From NCBI GenBank assembly GCA_021846665.1, contig JAJZWM010000001.1:13598-77597 (forward strand): a stretch of 64,000 nt of DNA, in the 5' to 3' direction. This document shows positions 48,258 through 57,639 of this stretch, one piece after another. The translations under genes and the position numbers were made by a program. Source of the DNA: Nanobdellota archaeon (GTDB lineage: Archaea; Nanobdellota; Nanobdellia; Parvarchaeales; Parvarchaeaceae). The notes beneath the pieces are model-generated. The model was given only the letters and a program-made list of their open reading frames with translations. It ran no database searches and was not told the DNA's origin. The number at the start of each line of letters is the position of its first letter. The first letter of the stretch is position 1.

Positions 48258-48333
48258 TAAATTATTATAGCGGAGGTGGGATTTGAACCACACGACCTCT
48301 GGGTTATGAGCCCAGCGAGCACTCCTGGCTGCT
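48258..48333 (-). tRNA. Initiator tRNA-Met (anticodon CAT)
   Basis: A1:U72 acceptor pair (AGCGGAG/CTCCGCT). Three consecutive G:C pairs closing the anticodon stem (CTGGG/CCCAG). Loop CTCATAA. Discriminator A. T stem GTG(T)GG/CCCAC carries one bulged U. Located 18 nt from the metG start. Confidence 0.65.
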
Positions 48334-48429
48334 CTACTCCGCTTTGATTTATTTAATAGTTTCTCTTTATTTAATAACTTTTACAAAACTATAAAATAGT
48401 TATTTAAACTATGCACTCTTTCTAATTTT

Positions 48430-49065
48430 ATGTCCATAGTCATATCTCTCGGTGGCTCGTTTATATTCGACAAAAAAAGAGATACGTCTTTACTTTTTAA
48501 TAAATTAAAAAAATTAAATGAAAAATTCCTTGTTATAACCGGCGGAGGGCCGATAGCACGAGAATATATTGACTTCTCTAAAGAGTTCAATCTTAATGAA
48601 AAGGAACTACATACCGTAGGCATAAAGTGCACACATATAAATGCATGGGTGATGTCAAAGGCCTTCAAGACAGATTATACAGATGAAGACCCTAGAAAGA
48701 TAAAGATAAACAAAAAAATAACACTTACAGGTGGTTACCTTCCAGGGTGGACAACTGATACTTGCTCAGCTTATGCCGCAGTTTCAACTCATTCTAATGT
48801 TATATTCAACATGTCAAAAGAAACAGGAGTTTACGATAAAGATCCTAGAAAATTTAAGGATGTAAAACTTCTAAAAAACGTAAGCTTTGAAAAGCTTTAT
48901 ACCCTTACAAGAGGAAAACGTGTACCTGGTATGAACTTTATATTTGATCCATTAGCAGCAAAGATATGCAAAAAGAACAATATAACTGTTATAGTTACAA
49001 ATGATATTGAAGATATAAAGAGATACCTTGAAAATAAGGAGATAAACGGAACTATTGTAAGATAG
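48430..49065 (+). CDS. pyrH: Uridylate (UMP) kinase, archaeal type
   Basis: 211 aa amino-acid-kinase fold. N-terminal IVISLGGSFIF. GGGPIAREYID. TGGYLPGWTTDTCSAYAA. Confidence 0.8.
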   Translation: MSIVISLGGSFIFDKKRDTSLLFNKLKKLNEKFLVITGGGPIAREYIDFSKEFNLNEKELHTVGIKCTHINAWVMSKAFKTDYTDEDPRKIKINKKITLTGGYLPGWTTDTCSAYAAVSTHSNVIFNMSKETGVYDKDPRKFKDVKLLKNVSFEKLYTLTRGKRVPGMNFIFDPLAAKICKKNNITVIVTNDIEDIKRYLENKEINGTIVR

Positions 49066-49096
49066 ACTTATATACTACTATATATATTATTCTAAA

Positions 49097-51145
49097 ATGC
49101 AACTGATAATAGCAGAAAAAAGCACTGCTGCAGAAACTATTGCAAAAAACCTTGCAGAAACAAAGATAAAAACAGAGGAATTTGGACCAGTAAAGGTTTG
49201 GTATACAAAGATAAACGGTGAAGAAACGGTTGTGATGCCATTAAAAGGCCACATTAAAAATGTAAGATATCCAGAGACATTCAAAAAATGGAATGAAGAA
49301 ACTTTAATGAAAATGATCGATGCAAAACTTGTTTATACTCCTGCTGCAGAGGAAAATATTGCTGTAATAAAAAAATTCGCCAAAAAAGCAGACAAAATAA
49401 TAATAGCAACAGACTATGATACTGAAGGTGAATCGATAGGATTTGAAGCAATTAATGTAGCAAGAGAAGAAAACGACAAAGCAAAAATATACCGAAGTGT
49501 ATTTTCATCACTTACTTCAAAGGAATTAACAGAGGCATTTAAAAACCTGCAAAAGCCAAATAAGAGCCTTTCAGATAGTGCAGATGCCAGAAGAGAAATT
49601 GATCTTATATTAGGTGCAGTTTTAACAAGATTTATATCGCTTGCAGCCGAAAGACTCGGAAATTCATTTTTATCTATAGGCAGGGTGCAAACCCCTACTC
49701 TTGCCCTTATAGTGAGCAGAGACGCTGAGAGAAGAGCATTTAAACCGGAGAAGTACTGGAGATTTGTAGCTACATTACAAAAAGGAGAGTCAACATTTAT
49801 AGCTGAATACAAAGATGGAAAAATATTTGATGAGAAAACCGCGGAAAAACTCAGAAAGATAAAAAAAGAGAAAAATGCTAATGTAACAAAGGTTGAAAAG
49901 AAAAGAAAGAAAGTAAGTCCTCCAAAGCCTTTTAACACGACTTCTTTCCTAAGAAGCGCAGCTGCAATAGGCTTTTCAGTACCAAATGCCATGCGTATAG
50001 TTCAAGGTTTGTACATGAAGGGTTATGTTTCTTACCCTAGAACAGACAGTGAGGTTTACCCACCTACTTTGGATTTAAGAGAGATACTTAATGAATTAAG
50101 CAATTCAAATGCATACTCAAAGACAGTAACAGAAATATTGAAAAAGCCTTTTAACCCTTCTAAGGGAAAAGAAGCAAAAGACCACCCACCAGTACATCCT
50201 GTAAAATTGCCTTCTGAAAAACTTAACCCACAGGAAGCAAAAATATTTGATTTAATAAGCAGGAGATTTCTTGCCACTTTATCTGAAGAATCTGAAGAAG
50301 AAGTAATATCTATAAAAATGGATATAAAAGGAAATGAATTTGCAGCTAGAGGTAGCAGGATACTTGAACCAGGATGGAGGTCGATTTATATCTTTTCAAA
50401 ATATGAAGAAAATATACTTCCAGAGATAAAAGAAGGAGAAAACTTAAAGATAAAAGGAATGGAAGAAATTGAGGACTTCACTACCCCTCCTGGAAATTAT
50501 TCTCAAGGTGCAATATTAAAAATAATGGAGGATCTAAACCTAGGTACGAAAGCTACGAGACCAGAAATTCTTAAGAAACTTATGGAGAGAAGGTACATCT
50601 CAGCAAGTAGAACTCTTATACCAAGTGAGGTAGCATTTGCCGTTATAGAAAACATGAAAAAAGTATCGAATGATATAACTGGGCCTGAACTAACTGCAAT
50701 TATTGAGAAAGAAATGAAAAAAGTGGAGGAAGGCCAGAAGAAAAAAGAAGAAGTAGTTGATGAATCTAGAGAGATGCTCAGAGAAGTACTGAAAAAACTA
50801 CAGAGTAAAAGGAAAGAGATAAAAGAGCTTATGCATAAGGCCCTTCTGCAGCAATATATATTCGGAACATGCCCAAAAAGTGGTGGAAAATTAAAACTAG
50901 TAGTATCAAAGAAAAGTCATAAACGTTTTGTAGGTTGTAGTGATTATCCAAAATGTCATTTCGGAATGCCTTTGCCACAGTCAGGCTATTTTTTCATATC
51001 TCCACAAACCTGTCCAAAATGCGGAATACACATGATAGAATGGCATGCAAAAGGAAGTAAGAGAACCTACATTTTCTGCGTAAACCCTGCATGCAAAGTT
51101 GAAAAGAAAGAAAAAGCTAGTGTAAAAGAAAAAGCTAAAAAATAA
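49097..51145 (+). CDS. topA: DNA topoisomerase I (type IA)
   Basis: 682 aa. Toprim N-terminus (LIIAEKSTAAETIAKNL...IIATDYDTEGESIGFE). Active-site region GRVQTPTLALIVSRD. C-terminal C4 zinc ribbons (CPKSGGK...CSDYPKC, CPKCG...C). Confidence 0.85.
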   Translation: MQLIIAEKSTAAETIAKNLAETKIKTEEFGPVKVWYTKINGEETVVMPLKGHIKNVRYPETFKKWNEETLMKMIDAKLVYTPAAEENIAVIKKFAKKADKIIIATDYDTEGESIGFEAINVAREENDKAKIYRSVFSSLTSKELTEAFKNLQKPNKSLSDSADARREIDLILGAVLTRFISLAAERLGNSFLSIGRVQTPTLALIVSRDAERRAFKPEKYWRFVATLQKGESTFIAEYKDGKIFDEKTAEKLRKIKKEKNANVTKVEKKRKKVSPPKPFNTTSFLRSAAAIGFSVPNAMRIVQGLYMKGYVSYPRTDSEVYPPTLDLREILNELSNSNAYSKTVTEILKKPFNPSKGKEAKDHPPVHPVKLPSEKLNPQEAKIFDLISRRFLATLSEESEEEVISIKMDIKGNEFAARGSRILEPGWRSIYIFSKYEENILPEIKEGENLKIKGMEEIEDFTTPPGNYSQGAILKIMEDLNLGTKATRPEILKKLMERRYISASRTLIPSEVAFAVIENMKKVSNDITGPELTAIIEKEMKKVEEGQKKKEEVVDESREMLREVLKKLQSKRKEIKELMHKALLQQYIFGTCPKSGGKLKLVVSKKSHKRFVGCSDYPKCHFGMPLPQSGYFFISPQTCPKCGIHMIEWHAKGSKRTYIFCVNPACKVEKKEKASVKEKAKK

Positions 51146-51180
51146 CTGATAGTAAAAAACTATCAGCATTAAAAAGTTCT

Positions 51181-52452
51181 TTAAGTTTTAGCTACGAGAT
51201 CTATGCATCTTCCAGCTGCTATTGTTAAACCCATGTCCCTAATTGCAAAACCGGCAAGTTGAGGTATAACATCAGCTTTCTCGATTGAAAGAGGTTTAAG
51301 AGGCTCCAAAACAACTATTGCAGCATCACCTTGCTTAATTGTTGCAGGATTCTCCTCTGCTGTTTGTCCTGTCTTAGGATCAAGTCTCTTAAGTATCTTC
51401 TTGAACTTTACTGGAACCTGTGCAGTATGTGCATGAAGTACCGGACTATATCCTGCAGATATAGCTGTTGGATGGTTAAGAACAATTATCTGGGCAGTAA
51501 ACTCAGTTGCAACTGTTGGTGGAGCTGACACTGATCCAACGACATCTCCTCTTTTTACCTGTTCTTTTTCAATGCCTCTGACGTTGAAACCTATATTGTC
51601 ACCAGGTATAGCTTGATCAAGATTCTGGTAGTGCATTTGTATCGACTTTACATCAGCTGTAACATGTGAAGGCTCGAATATTATCTTGTCTCCTGGTTTC
51701 ATAATACCACTTACAACTTTACCTACTGGAACTGTTCCTACCCCCTGTATTGAATAAACATCTTCTATTGGTATTCTTAATGGCAATTGTGTAGGTCTGT
51801 CTGGTAAAGGCAAATTATTCAAAGCTTCTAACAATGTTGGGCCTGTATACCAAGGCATCTTATCGCTTTTAACCTTAAGATTCTCACCATTCTTTGAGGA
51901 AATAGGTATATAGTTAAGACTTTCAGCATTAGGATACGATGCTTTAACGGTTTTTATTACTGATTCTTTTACTTCTTTGTACTTAGCCTCATCATAGTTC
52001 AAAAGATCCATCTTATTCATTGCAATTATAAGGTTCTTTATACCAAAGACTCTTGCCAAATAAACGTGCTCTCTAGTCTGCTGCATTACTCCTTCTTTAG
52101 CATCAACAACCAATACAGCTGCATCTGCTTCAGAAGCTCCTGTAATCATATTTTTAATAAAGTCAACGTGCCCTGGAGCATCGATTATGGTAAATTCATA
52201 TTTATCTGTAACAAATTTTTCGTGACTAAGGTCTATTGTTACTCCTTTCTTTCTTTCTTCACCAGAAGTATCTAAGAAATAAGCGAACTCGAAGTCTACT
52301 TTTCCTAAAGTTTCAATGTCCTTCTGAATTCTTGCTTTATCTTGCTCACTAAAGCTTCCTGTCTCATAAAGCAACCTTCCTACTGTTGTAGACTTACCTG
52401 AGTCTACGTGCCCTATGAAAATCAAATTCATGTGTGGTTTTGTTTCTGCCAT
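51181..52452 (-). CDS. tuf: Translation elongation factor 1-alpha
   Basis: 423 aa. G1 GHVDSGKST. G3 DAPGH. G4 NKMD. ERKKGVTIDLSHEKFVTDKYEFTIIDAPGHVDFIKNMITGASEADAAVLVV is near-canonical EF-1alpha. Confidence 0.9.
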   Translation of the reverse strand: MAETKPHMNLIFIGHVDSGKSTTVGRLLYETGSFSEQDKARIQKDIETLGKVDFEFAYFLDTSGEERKKGVTIDLSHEKFVTDKYEFTIIDAPGHVDFIKNMITGASEADAAVLVVDAKEGVMQQTREHVYLARVFGIKNLIIAMNKMDLLNYDEAKYKEVKESVIKTVKASYPNAESLNYIPISSKNGENLKVKSDKMPWYTGPTLLEALNNLPLPDRPTQLPLRIPIEDVYSIQGVGTVPVGKVVSGIMKPGDKIIFEPSHVTADVKSIQMHYQNLDQAIPGDNIGFNVRGIEKEQVKRGDVVGSVSAPPTVATEFTAQIIVLNHPTAISAGYSPVLHAHTAQVPVKFKKILKRLDPKTGQTAEENPATIKQGDAAIVVLEPLKPLSIEKADVIPQLAGFAIRDMGLTIAAGRCIDLVAKT

Positions 52453-52459
52453 GTTTTAT

Positions 52460-52465
52460 CCTCCT
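52460..52465 (-). promoter_or_regulatory. Shine-Dalgarno-like GGAGG ribosome binding site for tuf
   Basis: Minus strand AAAAGGAGGATAAAAC-ATG. GGAGG sits 7 nt upstream of the start codon. Most other genes here show no SD and look leaderless. Confidence 0.5.
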
Positions 52466-52757
52466 TTTATTAAATTTATCAAATTTTAATATACTATAAA
52501 GAAGTATTTATTATTTAAATCTTTTGGTATTACAAAATATCTTTTATATTTAAATTATAAAGATTAAAATAATAAAATTTTTCAACTAAATAAAAATTTA
52601 TATGTTAATTACCTAAATTTGTTTTACTTATAACAAATTAATTATAAACATTTAAAAGTAAATAAATCTCCTTTAATTATTAATTAGATTTCAAATATTA
52701 GAAACAACAGAAAAATATTATTATTTTATTCACAATAAAAATTTTATTAAATCTAAA

Positions 52758-55700
52758 TTAACTCTCTAAAGCAACAACTGCATCATTTGGTGAAGAACAT
52801 TGTCCTCCGCCGCTACCCGTTCCTCCTGAAACTGAATATATGCCGACAGGCAGGTTTATATTAGTTGCAGCTGAGGATATACACCAATTAGTAGTGCTTT
52901 CAGATGAGATACTTGTACCAGTTAAGGTATTTGTTAAATCATAAGTTATATAATCAGGTGAACCTGCTGCCCAATAAATATTCGCATTGCCTCCCGACCA
53001 AGTAACTGCAAAATCATAGTTCTGGTTATTATTACCAGTAATATCTGCATACCCTACTGGAGTTATTCCCCCAAAACTTGTAGATGGCATTGAACCACCT
53101 GGAGGATAATCCCTGGCGAATATCCAATTATAGAAAATTTTTTCTGCATACTTACCAGCTATTCCAGTATATGAAAGTGAAGCGAAGTAAAGTGGGCCAG
53201 ACAATGTAAACCCTGTATTTAAGGAAGTAGAATATCCTGTCCCACTATTAACGTATTCTGGTAAATTACCAACATAAGAAGCATAAGATGAACCACCAGT
53301 ATATGTTAGTTCTGCATAATCCCAATTTGAATTTGCTACACCATTTTCATTATTTCCTTCAGAATATGTACCTCCCCTAGCTACGCCGGTACAGTATGTA
53401 TGTATACCACATGAATACCTATATGTATACACATAATCATCTTTGGCATAATCTTGGTATTCTAGATAACATGTTGAAGAACTACAATCATTAACATTAA
53501 CTCCTCCAGACTGAGTACCTATACCATAATAAGAATTATAGTTTCCATTACTGTCATTAGTTAAACCTAATACACCATTATCTGAACCTAATGCGTTTTC
53601 TATATTAAAGTTAGTTTCTAATATCAATGGAGAATTTGAAAAACTAGAATCACTATAAGCCGTCATAACAGAACCTCCTGCAGGTGAACCTATAGAACCA
53701 TCTAAATAAATAGCGGTTATAGATTCACCTGAATTATAAGAAACAGAAGGATGACTAAAACTAATAGAAACGGAATCGAAATTAGTACTAAAACCAGATG
53801 TACTTGATTCACCATTCAAATAAAAGTTAAAAACATTTCCGCCATTATCATATTCTCCGTATGTACTGGATAATTGAGGAGCTTCTCCTACCTGACCAGG
53901 ATACTGTGAAAAGAAATTTGTTGATGGAAGACCAAAGCCCATATATATAACTGCAGTGGAGTATGAGCCTATAGAGAAGGGAAGACTAAGCCAGTAAGTT
54001 GTGCTGCTGTAAGTACTATTACCGAGTTCTAACCATGAAGATATTATCTGACCCGAAGATGTGAAGAAAAGAACATTCTGCATGTTATTACTTTCAAATT
54101 CACCGTAATTATTTGCATTAAATTCTATCCTCTGCTGAAAACCATTAGAAGTTGACTGAGATTGAGAATTATCTATAGTTATAGGAACATAAAAGATTAC
54201 TCCTGATGGAACGGAAGTTGGAGACTGCTGAGAATAATCTATATTGCTATTTGTACCTGCAAGAACTGAAGATGGAGAGTTTGACTGCGTGTACTTTTGA
54301 CCTGATGATGTTAATAAATCGCCAGGTATATATACACTTTCAGTTCCTGGAATTGAACTTGCAGACAAAGATGTTGAGCTTCCAGTAGGTTCATTTGAAC
54401 CAATTATCACTGCCCAGTTTGTCCCACTGCTTAGACCGCTCTCTGTAAATGTGGTAACACAGTCCCAGTAATTTACACTAAATATATTTATACTCCCTTC
54501 TAAATATCCTACGCTTGTAGCATTATAATTACACCCAGTATTTTCTACATTCGCCTGAGTCACAGGCTCATAAGAAACTGTAGTTATTCCTGTAGTAGTT
54601 ATTGGTATTGAATTTGTCACTGAAGAATATGAAGACTGTGCACCAGTATATGTTACTCTCCAATCATAAGAATTGTAGGAAGAAGGCAATCCTGAACTAA
54701 AGATAGTTACACATGTCCATGGTGTAAACTGTACTGTATCGCCCATCTGCACCGATGATAAAGCAGAACTGCAATCAAGATTATCACTTACTGCACTAGC
54801 AGAATAGCTTTCAACAGTAACTACATTATTTCTTTTAAATACAGCATTGCTGCCTACACTTAAAAATGAGTCTGTAGATCCATTATAAGATGCATTCCAT
54901 TTACCGCCTGATGGCAGAGCTGTTTCAGTGAATGTTGTAGTACAGCTCCATGGATTGAAGTTATTTCCTGATGAGCCCTGCTGAGCTGTTGTTGAACTTG
55001 TGCAATTCAATTCATTCAAAGGATAGCCTGATGATGAAGCTCTATAATAGGACACTACAGGTATATTTGTCTGTAATATTGATATTGCACCGCCTGTAGA
55101 AACCGTAGGACTAGAAGAACCATCATAATTTGTTATATACCACTGCTTTCCTGAAGGTAAGCCTGTTTCTGTAAAGGTTGTAGTACAGTTCCATGCGCTG
55201 AATGTGTAGCTGCTGCCTAATCTTACTGAAGGGTTATTATATGAAACACATGCAAGATTGTCACTTTTAGCAGTTGCAGTGTAATAAACCTGTGCATTAT
55301 TGATATTATCTGTCTTTATGTTTATTGCCGAGCCTGTGGAATTGCTTTTAGTTGTTCCATTGAATGTTACTTGCCAATTCTGATTGGAAGGCAATCCTGT
55401 TTCTGTAAAGGTTGTAGTACAGTTTGAAGTGAATGCTATTATATCCCTTACCCCCGTTGAATGATAGCCTGATGAAGGTACTGGCTTACTGATACAGCCC
55501 TGATATGTAACCGAGGGAACTGAAAAATAGTAATTACCAAAGGGTAAATTGAAGGAAACGTTGTCTTTTATGCTTGAAACTATTGTTGAATTTGTTGATG
55601 TATTGTAATTTACAGTAAATGTACTGCCATACGGCAATCCTTTCTCTATGAAATAAGTTAACTGGTTGTTTATTGGTATTGCGCCACTTACTAACGTAGA

Positions 55701-56165
55701 TGATACTGTACCGTTTGATACTTCATATATGCTTGATTTATAGGGTGTAAATGATATCTGTACCTTTGAAATATAACTTGTTGTAGGTATACTCACAGGT
55801 ACTCTGCACAGAGTAGATTGGCCGGTTGATATTATGCTATCCAGGCAGTAGAAGGTCGTATATGTATTTCCATTGACATTTACTGTTATACCTGTAACAT
55901 TTATAAACTGATTGTAATTGTTTGTTATCTTGACTACCATCATTGTTGAATTTGCTTCTGCCGCCTGCATTGTTATTCCTTTAAAACCGCTTATTATTGT
56001 AGGTGCTGCCGGTACTTTGAAAACTCCTAATGAGAAAAGTATTACCAATACTAACACTATTATGATTAGAACCCAGCCCCAGCTCATTAAATAATCCAGT
56101 GCTGCCTGAGCACTTCTTCCCTTACTAATAGTTTTTCTAGTTTTTTTATTTATAGTGGAAGGCAT
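52758..56165 (-). CDS. Giant (1135 aa) class III signal-peptide surface protein with 5-6 tandem Cys-bounded Ig-like repeats, one DUF2341-like module and a Cys-rich C-terminal region
   Basis: N-terminus ...SKGRSAQ/AALDYLMSWGWVLIIIVLVLVILFSLGVF matches the archaeal pilin N-terminal consensus (A-Q-x-A-[LM]-[ED]-Y-L-M-[ST]-[WY]-G-W..). Repeats contain W-[ND]-C-T-T-T-F-T-E-[TS]-G-L-P-S-G at aa ~170-620. Module PITIDNSQSQSTSNGFQQ...NVLFFTSSGQIISSWLELG...YWLSLP...IYMGF...GEAPQLSSTYGEYDNGGNVF at aa ~662-782. C-terminal FARDYPPGGSMP motif is shared with the 1232-aa protein. Confidence 0.7.
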   Translation of the reverse strand: MPSTINKKTRKTISKGRSAQAALDYLMSWGWVLIIIVLVLVILFSLGVFKVPAAPTIISGFKGITMQAAEANSTMMVVKITNNYNQFINVTGITVNVNGNTYTTFYCLDSIISTGQSTLCRVPVSIPTTSYISKVQISFTPYKSSIYEVSNGTVSSTLVSGAIPINNQLTYFIEKGLPYGSTFTVNYNTSTNSTIVSSIKDNVSFNLPFGNYYFSVPSVTYQGCISKPVPSSGYHSTGVRDIIAFTSNCTTTFTETGLPSNQNWQVTFNGTTKSNSTGSAINIKTDNINNAQVYYTATAKSDNLACVSYNNPSVRLGSSYTFSAWNCTTTFTETGLPSGKQWYITNYDGSSSPTVSTGGAISILQTNIPVVSYYRASSSGYPLNELNCTSSTTAQQGSSGNNFNPWSCTTTFTETALPSGGKWNASYNGSTDSFLSVGSNAVFKRNNVVTVESYSASAVSDNLDCSSALSSVQMGDTVQFTPWTCVTIFSSGLPSSYNSYDWRVTYTGAQSSYSSVTNSIPITTTGITTVSYEPVTQANVENTGCNYNATSVGYLEGSINIFSVNYWDCVTTFTESGLSSGTNWAVIIGSNEPTGSSTSLSASSIPGTESVYIPGDLLTSSGQKYTQSNSPSSVLAGTNSNIDYSQQSPTSVPSGVIFYVPITIDNSQSQSTSNGFQQRIEFNANNYGEFESNNMQNVLFFTSSGQIISSWLELGNSTYSSTTYWLSLPFSIGSYSTAVIYMGFGLPSTNFFSQYPGQVGEAPQLSSTYGEYDNGGNVFNFYLNGESSTSGFSTNFDSVSISFSHPSVSYNSGESITAIYLDGSIGSPAGGSVMTAYSDSSFSNSPLILETNFNIENALGSDNGVLGLTNDSNGNYNSYYGIGTQSGGVNVNDCSSSTCYLEYQDYAKDDYVYTYRYSCGIHTYCTGVARGGTYSEGNNENGVANSNWDYAELTYTGGSSYASYVGNLPEYVNSGTGYSTSLNTGFTLSGPLYFASLSYTGIAGKYAEKIFYNWIFARDYPPGGSMPSTSFGGITPVGYADITGNNNQNYDFAVTWSGGNANIYWAAGSPDYITYDLTNTLTGTSISSESTTNWCISSAATNINLPVGIYSVSGGTGSGGGQCSSPNDAVVALES
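54300..55660. repeat. Intragenic tandem repeats (~230-bp period) encoding the TFTETGLPSG Ig-like domains
   Basis: DNA-level recurrence of cctgtttctgtaaaggttgtagtacag (55167-55193, 55396-55422) and variant ctgtttcagtgaatgttgtagtacag (~54925-54950). Confidence 0.7.
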
Positions 56166-56261
56166 ATTATAATGATGTAATTTCCTCTATAAATAATTAT
56201 AATATATAAGATAATAAGTCATAGAGAAAAAGATAAAATACCTTGATTACTTAACATATGA

Positions 56262-57548
56262 ATGGAGTATTATATAAAAGACATAAAAAAAGCGGAATTT
56301 GAAGGCAAAGAAATTGAATTAAACGGTTTTGTAAATAGCATAAGAAAAGGCAAAAACAATTCTTTTCTAATATTAAGAGACCCCAGCGGAACTATACAAT
56401 GTGTAAGTCATTCAACAGATAAAAGTTTCCAAGATGTAAACAAAATAACAAGAGAATCAGCTATAAAAATAAAAGGAAAATTAAGAAAAGATGAGAGAGC
56501 TGAAGGTGGTTATGAGATTGCAATAGAGGATTTAAATATATACTCAATTGCTGAGCCTTATCCACTAAAAAAAGGCCATAAAAAAGTTTTTCTTTTTGAT
56601 AACCGTCACTTATGGCTTAGAAGTCCAAAAATGACTGCTATAATGAAAATAAGATCAACAGTATTTTCTTCAATACATGAATTTTTCTCATCGAATGGAT
56701 TCTATGAAATTCAATCACCGTCTTTCGTAGGAGGAAGCGTTGAAGGAGGTTCTACTTTATTTGAAACGAATTATTTTGAAAAGAAAGCATACTTAACACA
56801 GAGCTGGCAACTATACGCCGAAGCAATGGTTGATGCATTATGGAAAATTTATACTGTTGCTCCTTCATTTAGAGCAGAAAAAAGCAGAACTTGGCGTCAC
56901 TTGACTGAGTTTTGGCATGCCGAAGCCGAAGTTGCGTTTAAAACAAACGAAGAAGTCATGGATATAGAAGAAAAACTCATTAAATATATAGTAAAAAACG
57001 TTCTAATAAATAACGCAGATGAATTAAAATTACTAAAAAGAGATACTACTGTTCTTGAAAATGTTGTTAACAAGCCTTTTCTTAGAATGAAATACGAAGA
57101 AGTAATAGACCTAGCAAATAAAAATGGCCTTAAACTTGAGTACGGTGCTGATTTAGGAGCAGATGAAGAAAGAGCAATAACATCTAAACTTGATATACCT
57201 ATTTTTTCAATGAATTACCCTATAGAATTAAAACCGTTCTATCACAAACCAGACCCAAAAGACAATAAACATGTTTTATGCAATGATCTTTTAGCGCCAG
57301 AGGGTTATGGAGAGGTTATAGGCGGCGGACAAAGAGTTGATGATAAGGAAACTCTTCTTAAAAGATTGAAGGATGAAGGACTAAATGAAGAAGACTATGA
57401 ATGGTATATTGACATTAGAAGATATGGCGCAATACCACATTCAGGATTTGGGCTTGGAGTAGACCGGCTAGTAATGTGGATTTGCAAACTTCCACACATA
57501 ATGTATGCTGTCCCATTCCCAAGAACACCTAGAAGATTAAATCCATAG
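56262..57548 (+). CDS. asnS: Class IIb aminoacyl-tRNA synthetase, most likely asparaginyl-tRNA synthetase (AsnRS/AspRS family)
   Basis: 428 aa. N-terminal OB fold. Motif 2 region TVAPSFRAEKSRTWRHLTEFWHAEAEVAF (RHL-x-EFW as in AsnRS rather than AspRS). Motif 3 GFGLGVDRLVMWI. C-terminal FPRTPRRL. Confidence 0.6.
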   Translation: MEYYIKDIKKAEFEGKEIELNGFVNSIRKGKNNSFLILRDPSGTIQCVSHSTDKSFQDVNKITRESAIKIKGKLRKDERAEGGYEIAIEDLNIYSIAEPYPLKKGHKKVFLFDNRHLWLRSPKMTAIMKIRSTVFSSIHEFFSSNGFYEIQSPSFVGGSVEGGSTLFETNYFEKKAYLTQSWQLYAEAMVDALWKIYTVAPSFRAEKSRTWRHLTEFWHAEAEVAFKTNEEVMDIEEKLIKYIVKNVLINNADELKLLKRDTTVLENVVNKPFLRMKYEEVIDLANKNGLKLEYGADLGADEERAITSKLDIPIFSMNYPIELKPFYHKPDPKDNKHVLCNDLLAPEGYGEVIGGGQRVDDKETLLKRLKDEGLNEEDYEWYIDIRRYGAIPHSGFGLGVDRLVMWICKLPHIMYAVPFPRTPRRLNP

Positions 57549-57639
57549 TTACTTTTAATTGAAGCTAAGGTATACTTAACATTTAAATTTCTTATTTTGT
57601 AACAAAAAGTAATTTAAACTAGCCAATGCAATAAAATAT

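Noticed and set aside
49414-49992. 192-aa minus-strand ORF inside topA
   Set aside because: Antisense to topoisomerase IA. No motifs.
52453-52757. Very AT-rich 300-bp spacer as a possible replication origin
   Set aside because: No ORB-like inverted repeats and no orc1/cdc6 nearby. More simply the promoter/UTR region of highly expressed tuf.
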